From contig JAICVB010000003.1 of NCBI GenBank assembly GCA_025935545.1, positions 1 to 34,753 of the forward strand: a DNA stretch of 34,753 bases. Reading direction: 5' to 3'. This DNA is from Gemmatimonadales bacterium. GTDB taxonomy: Bacteria; Gemmatimonadota; Gemmatimonadetes; Gemmatimonadales; GWC2-71-9. Positions 28,057-34,753 of this stretch are shown here, piece after piece. Position 1 is the first letter of the stretch; each line of letters opens with the position of its first letter. Both the position numbers and the translations under genes were made by a program. The notes under the pieces are model-generated. The model saw only the letters and a program-made list of their open reading frames with translations. It did not search any database and was not told the origin of the DNA.

Positions 28057-29610
28057 TCAGCGCGCCGCCAGCGGGCTCGCCGCCACGGCAACGAGAGCGC
28101 CCATGGTGCGGGCCCGACTGGTGAGCGCGAGCGCGGCTCGCATGGCAGCATCATCGGCGGCGCGACGCTCGATCTCCGCCGCCTCGCCCCACCGCTGGCG
28201 CGCGAGGGCGTAGCCGAGCTCGCGGTCCACCACCGAGTGGGCGCCTTCGAACACCCACCGCCGGAGCGGCACGCGTCGCTCGACCAGCTCGTCCCAGAAG
28301 GCCTCGCGCATCGCCGGCGTCACCGCGAACCCGCGGCTGCGCACGCCACCGCTCTCAACGATCCCCGCGGCAGCCACGCTCAGCGATGCGCGGTAGGCGT
28401 TGGGCGCGAGCCGGGTCTCCCGGCCGTAGAATGCCTCCGCGCTGCCGTGCCAGCGCGGGCGGACGGCGACGTCGGGCACGATGCCGCGGTGGGAGGCCAG
28501 CGGCCGACCACCGACCGACCGGTGCACGGCGGTGTCCGCCGCCGCTGAATCGGCGCTCCGCTGGATCGTCCGGCCGCTCGGCGCGTACCACCGCGCGGTC
28601 GTGAACTTGACGGCGACATCCTGGCGCAGCGGGAAGGTCGTCTGGATCACGCCTTTCCCGTAGGTCGGCGTTCCCACGACGATCGCGCGGTCATGGTCCT
28701 GCAGCGCCGCCGCGATCACCTCGGCGGAGCTGGCCGTCTGCCGGTTCACCAGCAGGACGAGCGGCATGTCGGGCCAGGGCTGCGGCATGCGGGCCACGTG
28801 CGCGGTGAGCGGGGAACGGCCGCGGCCGCGCATGACGGCGATGGTGTCACCCGGATCCAGGAAGAGCTCCGCGATGCCGACACCCTGCGCGATGAGCCCG
28901 CCCGGGTTGCGCCGCAGGTCCAGCACGAGCGTGTGCATTCCGCGGCGTCGGAGGTCGGTGATCGCGTCGAAGAGCTCGCGGGCCGCGGCCTGCGTCACGA
29001 TGTGGAGGGCCACGTAGCCGGTGCCGTGGGCCAGCATCACCCCCGGCGACACCGCGGGGATGTGCACGGCCGTCCGCTCCACGCGGCGGATCACCGCGGT
29101 GGTGCTGCCCCGCGGGCGCACCAGAAGGGTGACGGTGCGCGACGTATCGGCGGCGATGAGCTCGGCGGCGTCGGCGTCGGTCATCCCGCGGGTGGAACGT
29201 CCGTCCACCGCGAGGATCTCGTCGCCCGGCCCGATCGCCTGACCGGGGTCGGTGAATCCGAGGCCCCAGCCGGACACGCTGCCGCCCTCCCGCGGCATGC
29301 GCGGCGGGGCGAGCTCGATGCGGGTGCCGGCCATCTGCTGGTTGAAGCGGCGATACGCGTCCGCCAGGAGGAGCTCGGCGTACGGGTCGTCGAGCGAGCG
29401 CACGAGTCCTTCGGTCGCGCTCAGGTAGAGCGAGTCGGGGGGAAGGGAGTCTACGTAGTTGCGGCGGATCGTTTCGACCGCCCGGGCCAGGAGCCGGGCC
29501 TCCCGGGTGCGTTCGCCGGCCTGGCGCGCCGCCGTCCAGCGCGCCGCCGCGCCGCCGCCCCCGAAGGAGGCGGCGGCGATCAGCGCGAGGCCGATCCAGC
29601 GCCGAGCCAT
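28057..29610 (-). CDS. S41A C-terminal processing protease (CtpA/Prc type) with divergent PDZ
   Basis: N-terminal anchor, IRRNYVD, LDDPY, GYV, LDLRRNPGG, TASSAE (Ser), LQDHDRA, TYGKG (Lys), ARWYAPSGRTI, GIVPD. Confidence 0.94.
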   Translation of the reverse strand: MARRWIGLALIAAASFGGGGAAARWTAARQAGERTREARLLARAVETIRRNYVDSLPPDSLYLSATEGLVRSLDDPYAELLLADAYRRFNQQMAGTRIELAPPRMPREGGSVSGWGLGFTDPGQAIGPGDEILAVDGRSTRGMTDADAAELIAADTSRTVTLLVRPRGSTTAVIRRVERTAVHIPAVSPGVMLAHGTGYVALHIVTQAAARELFDAITDLRRRGMHTLVLDLRRNPGGLIAQGVGIAELFLDPGDTIAVMRGRGRSPLTAHVARMPQPWPDMPLVLLVNRQTASSAEVIAAALQDHDRAIVVGTPTYGKGVIQTTFPLRQDVAVKFTTARWYAPSGRTIQRSADSAAADTAVHRSVGGRPLASHRGIVPDVAVRPRWHGSAEAFYGRETRLAPNAYRASLSVAAAGIVESGGVRSRGFAVTPAMREAFWDELVERRVPLRRWVFEGAHSVVDRELGYALARQRWGEAAEIERRAADDAAMRAALALTSRARTMGALVAVAASPLAAR

Positions 29611-29614
29611 GGCC

Positions 29615-31444
29615 TCAGGCGGCGACCTCCGCCGCCGGGAGGCCGTGGGCCTGCAGGAGACGGATGGCATCGGGACCATCGATCGTCTCGTGCGCCAGGA
29701 GCGCCTCGCCCAGCGCCTCGAGCGCGGCGCGGTGCGTCTCCATGAGCGCGACGGTGCGGCTGTAGAGCCCGTCAATGATGGCGCGGACCTCGCGATCCAT
29801 CGCCGCGTGGAGCTCGCCGCTCACCGGCCCGTTCTGGTTGTCGTAGATCATGAGGCCCGTGGACTCGCCCATGCCGAGGTTGTAGACCATTTCCTTGGCG
29901 ATGCGCGTGACGTGCTGAAGGTCGCTGCGGGCGCCGCTGGTGATCGCATCCGGCCCGAAGACGACCTGCTCCGCAGCTCGGCCGCCCAGGCCCTTCACGA
30001 TCTGGCCCTCGAGATAGCGGCGGGAGTGCAGGTGCTGGTCGCTGTCGGGCGAGAAGAAGGCGACGCCCATCGCCTGCCCGCGCGGCTGGATGGTGACCTT
30101 GTGCAGCCCGTCCTCGGGGCAGCAGGTCACGCCGGCGAGGGCGTGTCCCGCCTCGTGCATCGCGACGATCCGCCACTCGCGGTCCGACGCGCGGAAGCCG
30201 GTGCGCTCCTTCCCCAGCAGGAGCCGGTCGCGAGCACACTCGATGTCGGACCACGCCACCTGCTCGGTGCCGTTCCGCGCCGCGACGATCGCGGCTTCGT
30301 TGAGGAGGTTGGCGAGGTCGGCGCCGCTTGACTGGGGCATGAGCCGCGCCAGCCGGCCGAGATCCACGCCGGCGTCGAGCGGAACCTTGCGCTGGGCGGC
30401 GTGAAGCCGCAGGATCGCCTCGCGCTCCAGCGCGCTCGGCAGGGCCACCGAGACCGACCGGTCGAAGCGGCCCGGCCGGAGCAGGGCGGGGTCGAGATCC
30501 TCGGCCCGGTTGGTGGCAGCGATGACGATCACGCCATCGCTCGGCGAGAAGCCGTCGAGCTCGATCAGCAGCTGATTGAGCGTGCGATCATCCTCGTTGT
30601 GCGACTGGTTGCGGCCGCGGCGGCCGCCCAGGGCGTCGAGCTCGTCGATGAAGATGACGCCGCCCCGCTTCCGGGCCTTCTTGAAGAGCGACTTGAGGCG
30701 CATGACACCGAGCCCGACGATGAAGCCGGTGACCTCCGACCCCGAGATGCTCCAGAACGGCACGCCGGCTTCCCCTGCGACGGCCCGTGCCATGAGCGTC
30801 TTGCCGGTGCCGGGGGGGCCGAACATGAGCAGCCCCTTGGGTGTGCGCGCGCCGATCCGGTCGAAGCGGGCCGGCGACCTGAGAAACTCCACGATCTCCC
30901 TGAGCTCGGCCACCGCGCCCTCGTTGCCGGCGACGCTCGCGAAGGTCGTGTCCGAGCCCGTCGTCCGGCCCAGATCGGTGCCGCCGCCCTGGCCTCCGCC
31001 CATGTGCCGGCGCACCACGATCGCGAGCACCAGGACGAGGACCACGCTCACCGCCACGTTCAGGTAGTCGAGGCCGCGGCCCGCCGATTCGCGGAAGGTG
31101 ATGCTCACGCCGTCGCGCTCAGCCCGCTGGACCAGCCCGTCCACATTCGCGCTCGAGTACACCACGCGGAACGGCTCGCTCGTCGCGCGGCCGGCCCACC
31201 AGCCGAGCACCTGCTTGCCCGGCACGATCGCGATGGAGTCCACCCGTCCCTCCGTCATGGCCGAGAGGAGGGCGGTGTAGGTGAGCGCGGCCGGGGCGGG
31301 CCGGAGGGCGGCATGGCGCGCGCCCCACGCAAAGGCGCCGGCGAAGAGAATCAGGAGGCCCACCGCCGCGGAGATCCAGCGGATCCGGCGGCGGGTGCGG
31401 GCTGCGTTCTGCGGGAGCGACGGCTCGGGGTTGGAGAGCTGCAT
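29615..31444 (-). CDS. ftsH: FtsH-family ATP-dependent zinc metalloprotease, divergent paralog
   Basis: Two TMs around a periplasmic domain; GPPGTGKT, IFIDELDA, TLNQLL, ATNR..LDPALLRPGRFDR, SGADL, HEAGH, LGGRAAE, GARSDL. Confidence 0.93.
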   Translation of the reverse strand: MQLSNPEPSLPQNAARTRRRIRWISAAVGLLILFAGAFAWGARHAALRPAPAALTYTALLSAMTEGRVDSIAIVPGKQVLGWWAGRATSEPFRVVYSSANVDGLVQRAERDGVSITFRESAGRGLDYLNVAVSVVLVLVLAIVVRRHMGGGQGGGTDLGRTTGSDTTFASVAGNEGAVAELREIVEFLRSPARFDRIGARTPKGLLMFGPPGTGKTLMARAVAGEAGVPFWSISGSEVTGFIVGLGVMRLKSLFKKARKRGGVIFIDELDALGGRRGRNQSHNEDDRTLNQLLIELDGFSPSDGVIVIAATNRAEDLDPALLRPGRFDRSVSVALPSALEREAILRLHAAQRKVPLDAGVDLGRLARLMPQSSGADLANLLNEAAIVAARNGTEQVAWSDIECARDRLLLGKERTGFRASDREWRIVAMHEAGHALAGVTCCPEDGLHKVTIQPRGQAMGVAFFSPDSDQHLHSRRYLEGQIVKGLGGRAAEQVVFGPDAITSGARSDLQHVTRIAKEMVYNLGMGESTGLMIYDNQNGPVSGELHAAMDREVRAIIDGLYSRTVALMETHRAALEALGEALLAHETIDGPDAIRLLQAHGLPAAEVAA

Positions 31445-32553
31445 CAGAAGACGTCCACGTTCTCGGCGTGTTCATCGCCACGGGCAGCGACGCTCCGGGC
31501 GGGGGCGAGCAGCGTGCTCGCGAGTGGGTGATAGCGGTACAGCGGTTGTGCCACGAGCCGGCGCGCCATGACCCGGGTCCCGGGGACAAGGCGCTCGTAG
31601 GCCTGCAGGAGGTCCAGCGCGGCATCGGTCGGAAGATCCGGGGCAGCGGTCGTCTGCAGGAAGTGAACCGCAAACGCCACAGCCTCGGCCTGATGTTCCT
31701 GCTCGTTCCCAAAACCATAACGGAGCGAGTCCTCGATCGGACCCACCCCCTCCCAGAGCGTCCGGAATTCACCCGGCATCGCCTTCTGCCACCGGTGCGC
31801 CAGCTCGTGCGCCAGGGCGTGGCGAAGCTGCGCTGCCTGGGTCATTCGGGACGGCGACAGCGAGATCGAATCCCGCGACGCGATATACTCGCCCAGCCGG
31901 CCGGCCCGCTGGCCCCGGTCGCCGACCAGGCCGAGCGGGCGGCTCGGCGTGCCGAAGAGCCGGAACATGGAGTCGGCGAAGGTGGTGGCGGCCCGCGCCT
32001 GCAGGGTCTCGAGCTGGGCTGCCGTGTCCGCCGGATCCACCAGGGCGAACCGGTTGGTGGCCCATGCGTCACCCAGGCTGTCCAGGCGCGGGGCGCCAGT
32101 GACCACATCACGAAGGACGCCCGGGGTGGCCGTCTCCAGCACGCCGCCGTCGAGATGGAACAGGAAGATCGAATCGCGGGCCCCCGGATCGACCCCCAGC
32201 AGCGTCACCGAGGAGTGCCGCACCGCCCGGCCTCCGTCAACCTGCACCCGGTACAGCGGGTAGGCGATGGCGGCGTCGCCCTCGGCGGGCTGGAAGATGA
32301 GCGAGCCGCCCGCGATGGAGAGCGTGCCCGGCACCGGCGGGAGGCCGCCGATGGAGAGGAGGCCTTGCCGCGAGCCGGCCGCGCGCCAGCCGATCTTGAG
32401 CCGCGTCGCGATCGAGTCTGCGGTACGCGTTGCCGTCGGTGCGGTCGCGCCCGGCGCGCGATACCCCGCCGTCGCCCCGTCCGCCGCCCGCCGGGACACG
32501 GCCAGCGCAATCAGCGCAGCGAGGCCGGCGACGAGGAATGCGGGGCGCGGCAT
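31444..32553 (-). CDS. Exported hypothetical protein with a zincin-type HEXXH...E motif
   Basis: Signal/anchor MPRPAFLVAGLAALIALAV; LGEY...ISLS...ALAHELAHRWQ...EHQAEAVA; TGATG overlap with the ftsH paralog. Confidence 0.8.
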   Translation of the reverse strand: MPRPAFLVAGLAALIALAVSRRAADGATAGYRAPGATAPTATRTADSIATRLKIGWRAAGSRQGLLSIGGLPPVPGTLSIAGGSLIFQPAEGDAAIAYPLYRVQVDGGRAVRHSSVTLLGVDPGARDSIFLFHLDGGVLETATPGVLRDVVTGAPRLDSLGDAWATNRFALVDPADTAAQLETLQARAATTFADSMFRLFGTPSRPLGLVGDRGQRAGRLGEYIASRDSISLSPSRMTQAAQLRHALAHELAHRWQKAMPGEFRTLWEGVGPIEDSLRYGFGNEQEHQAEAVAFAVHFLQTTAAPDLPTDAALDLLQAYERLVPGTRVMARRLVAQPLYRYHPLASTLLAPARSVAARGDEHAENVDVF

Positions 32554-32562
32554 GGGGCGACG

Positions 32563-32736
32563 TCAGTGCGGAGCGGGGCCGGCGTGCGCCAGCGTCGCTT
32601 CGGCGACCGCCGTCCCCTGGTTCCCATCGAACCAGGTGATGTCCACCAGATGGACGGTCAGCGAGAGGATCGTGAACAGCAGGGTGGCCATGACGGCGCG
32701 GGGCCAGAGGGCGCGGTCGGTGCGGGTCGCGTGCAT
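32563..32736 (-). CDS. Small hydrophobic peptide (~57 aa, one TM or signal-like segment)
   Basis: MHATRTDRALWPRAVMATLLFTILSLTVHLVDITWFDGNQGTAVAEATLAHAGPAPH; G/C-ending codons; stop 9 nt before the next ATG. No SD; alternative ATG at 32691. Confidence 0.6.
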   Translation of the reverse strand: MHATRTDRALWPRAVMATLLFTILSLTVHLVDITWFDGNQGTAVAEATLAHAGPAPH

Positions 32737-32780
32737 GCGGGTACCGGTTACGGGCGGATGGGGCGTGGACGATGCGGGGA

Positions 32781-32799
32781 GTGTCAAATTCTTCGACAC
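32781..32799. promoter_or_regulatory. Imperfect palindrome GTGTC-AAATTCTTC-GACAC (operator or leader hairpin)
   Basis: Read directly; lies between the predicted promoter and the peptide ORF. Confidence 0.45.
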
Positions 32800-32880
32800 A
32801 ACTCTCGCGCGCGTTCCGGAATTGCACATTTCAGGCCGCGCGTTAAGCTCTCTCGAAGCAATTGTTAGCGAATGATTTAT

Positions 32881-32908
32881 AAGATATGAAAGAGCCGTTC
32901 GTCGTCAA
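32881..32908 (-). promoter_or_regulatory. Candidate sigma70 promoter TTGACG-N16-TATCTT for the protease operon
   Basis: Near-consensus hexamers in the most AT-rich stretch of the window. Confidence 0.6.
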
Positions 32909-32910
32909 GA

Positions 32911-32948
32911 TGCCGGTTTCAGGGCATCGAATCGCCTGAAAATCGGCA
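32911..32948. repeat. Inverted repeat TGCCG-GTTTCAGG-N11-CCTGAAAA-TCGGCA, candidate operator
   Basis: Near-perfect 13-14 nt arms adjoining the -35; a third TTTCAGG lies at 32829-32835. Confidence 0.6.
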
Positions 32949-33047
32949 AAAAGTTGGCAGGGGCGACGGCGCCGGCAGGGCGCTGGATTGGTCCCCCCGG
33001 CGGGATTCCGGCCCCCGGCGCCTCGCTCATTCGCGTTAGCGTCGGTC

Positions 33048-34598
33048 ATGCTCGCCCGGGTCCGATCCGCAGCCGTGCTCGGCGTGGACGCCTATCTGGT
33101 GGATGTCGAAGTGGACATCGCCAACGGCCTGCCCTCGTTCTCCACCGTCGGCTTGCCGCACGGCGCGGTGCGCGAGGGGAGGGAACGGGTGGGCGCCGCG
33201 CTCGCGAACGCCGGCTACCAGCTGCCCCTCAAGCGGATCACGGTGAACCTCGCGCCGGCGGACATCAGGAAGGAGGGCACCGCACTGGACCTGCCGATCG
33301 CGCTCGCCATCCTCGTCGCGAGCGGGCAGCTGCCGGCCGATGCGCTCGATGCCTGCGTAGCCCTGGGAGAGGTGGGCCTGGAGGGAGACCTGCGGCCGGT
33401 GCGCGGTGCCCTTGCCATGGCGCTGGCTGCGCGCGCCGGCGGCGTCGCCACCTTGTTCCTGCCGGCCGCCAACGTGCCCGAGGCAGCCGTGGTGGACGGG
33501 CTCGCGGTCTGCGGTGCGTCCTCACTGCAGCAGGTCTGCGCGCACCTGATCGGCGTCGAGCTGATCGTGCCGGTCCGGGTGGACCCGCATCGCCTGATGG
33601 CGGAGCGGACCAGGGATACCGCCGACCTGGCGGATGTGCGCGGCCAGGCGGCGGCCAAGCGCGCGCTCGAGGTCGCGGCGGCCGGCTCGCACAATCTCCT
33701 GATGGTCGGCCCGCCGGGCGCCGGCAAGACGATGCTCGCCCGGCGCCTGCCGGGGATCCTGCCGGCCATGACGCTCGACGAGGCGCTCGAAACCACCAAG
33801 GTGCACAGCGTGGCGGGGGTCCTCGGGGCGGGGCAGTCCCTCACCACCGAGCGGCCGTTCCGGGCACCGCATCACACGATCAGCGACGCGGGGCTGATTG
33901 GCGGCGGATCCTGGCCGCGGCCCGGCGAGGTGAGCCTCGCGCACGGCGGTGTCCTCTTCCTCGACGAGCTGCCCGAGTTCCGGAAGAACGTGCTCGAGGT
34001 CATGCGGCAGCCGATGGAGGATGGCACCGTCACGCTGAGCCGGGCAGCGATGACGCTCACCTTTCCCGCGCGCTTCATGCTGGCCGCGGCGATGAACCCC
34101 TGCCCCTGCGGCCACCACGGGGATGTGCAGCACGCCTGTCGCTGCGACGCGCCGACCGTCGAGCGCTACCTCTCCCGCGTGTCGGGCCCGCTGCTCGACC
34201 GGATCGACCTGCACCTCAGCGTGCCGGCCGTGCCATACCGCGAGCTCACCGGCGAACAGCGGGAGGAGCCGAGCGCGGCGGTGCGCGCGCGAGTGGAGCG
34301 TGCGCGCAGGGTGCAGCAGGCGCGGTTCCGCCATCGTCCGGGCATCCACGCCAACGCGCACATGCTGCCGCGGGATCTGCGGACGCACTGCCGCCTGTCG
34401 CCTGCCGCCGAGCAGCTGCTGCGCGCGGCCATCCAGCGCCTGGGGCTCTCCGCGCGCGCGTATCATCGGGTGCTCAAGATCGCGCGCACGATTGCCGATC
34501 TCGACGGCGTCGAGGAGCTGAGCGCGGGCCACGTCGGGGAGGCGGTGCAGTACCGCACGCTCGATCGCCGGCGCCTGCCGGTGGCGGCGAGCGCCTAG
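33048..34598 (+). CDS. comM: YifB/ComM Mg-chelatase-like AAA+ ATPase
   Basis: VGLP, RITVNLAPADIRKEG, GEVGLEG, GPPGAGKTMLA, RPFRAPHH, GEVSLAHGGVLFLDELPEF, NPCPCG, SGPLLDRID, ARTIADL. Confidence 0.96.
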   Translation: MLARVRSAAVLGVDAYLVDVEVDIANGLPSFSTVGLPHGAVREGRERVGAALANAGYQLPLKRITVNLAPADIRKEGTALDLPIALAILVASGQLPADALDACVALGEVGLEGDLRPVRGALAMALAARAGGVATLFLPAANVPEAAVVDGLAVCGASSLQQVCAHLIGVELIVPVRVDPHRLMAERTRDTADLADVRGQAAAKRALEVAAAGSHNLLMVGPPGAGKTMLARRLPGILPAMTLDEALETTKVHSVAGVLGAGQSLTTERPFRAPHHTISDAGLIGGGSWPRPGEVSLAHGGVLFLDELPEFRKNVLEVMRQPMEDGTVTLSRAAMTLTFPARFMLAAAMNPCPCGHHGDVQHACRCDAPTVERYLSRVSGPLLDRIDLHLSVPAVPYRELTGEQREEPSAAVRARVERARRVQQARFRHRPGIHANAHMLPRDLRTHCRLSPAAEQLLRAAIQRLGLSARAYHRVLKIARTIADLDGVEELSAGHVGEAVQYRTLDRRRLPVAASA

Positions 34599-34599
34599 C

Positions 34600-34752
34600 T
34601 CAGTCGTCCGGCGCGACCGGCCGCCGGCGTGCCTTGGTCTCGCCGCGGCGCCGCTTGGCATCGAGGCGGGCCGCCCTGGCCGCGGGGCCCGGCCGCGTCT
34701 TCCGCCGCGCCTTCCGGACCCGGAGCGCCGCCGCCACCAGCGCGCGCAGCCG
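34600..34752 (-). CDS. arfB: 3' end of alternative ribosome rescue factor ArfB (partial)
   Basis: Minus frame reads RLRALVAAALRVRKARRKTRPGPAARAARLDAKRRRGETKARRRPVAPDD*, matching the ArfB/YaeJ basic tail (KxRRxTRP...RLxxK). The GGQ domain is outside the window. Not in the ORF track. Confidence 0.85.
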   Translation of the reverse strand, partial: RLRALVAAALRVRKARRKTRPGPAARAARLDAKRRRGETKARRRPVAPDD

Positions 34753-34753
34753 C

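Noticed and set aside
28040-31297. 17-nt direct repeat GTGAGCGCGGCCGGGGC at 28040-28056 and 31281-31297 as att sites
   Set aside because: The second copy is inside the ftsH coding region; a rough estimate gives about one such match by chance in 35 kb at this GC.
32800-32875. c-di-GMP-I riboswitch in the protease-operon leader (GAGA-loop hairpin, GGCCTGAA...TCCGG)
   Set aside because: The conserved GGCAAAC and GACGCAAAGC segments are missing; resemblance is superficial. An Rfam cmsearch would settle it.
32943-32959. Sigma54 promoter toward comM (CGGCA-AAAAGTTG-GCA)
   Set aside because: GG-N10-GC spacing fits, but TGGCAC and TTGC are both imperfect and the site overlaps the inverted repeat.
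1-34753. CRISPR arrays, tRNA/rRNA genes, IS or integrase genes
   Set aside because: No regularly spaced repeats, cloverleaf signatures or transposase/recombinase motifs found; intergenic space is minimal.

Overview
A very GC-rich, densely coding bacterial chromosome segment; gene order and protein style suggest Gemmatimonadota (inference). From 1 to 9048 (+): a gene tail, YihY/BrkB, SRP RNA (ffs), dnaX-ybaB-recR, an 89-aa unknown, mglB-mglA, pgsA, cinA, grpE-dnaJ. From 9057 to 24065 (-): creatininase-like gene, exported unknown, TolC/MFP/ABC (split MacAB-type) exporter, bshB1, cysteine desulfurase, mnmA, S9 peptidase, 4-TM holin-like protein, ppk1. Then an orphan ~1320-aa NtrY-type sensor kinase (+), a four-gene minus-strand operon, comM/yifB (+) and the 3' end of arfB (-). 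The best candidate for an undescribed system is the four-gene operon (28057-32736): a ~57-aa hydrophobic peptide, an exported HEXXH zinc-protease-like protein, an FtsH paralog with an altered pore loop, and an S41 protease with a degenerate PDZ, behind an AT-rich, palindrome-rich control region. Other oddities: an SRP RNA with a UUGCC loop instead of GNRA, an MglA with a ~32-aa insertion, and an ECF-type promoter inside a long hairpin. No tRNA, rRNA, CRISPR array or mobile element was seen. All calls are by eye from motifs; no database search was run, so novelty is unverified.
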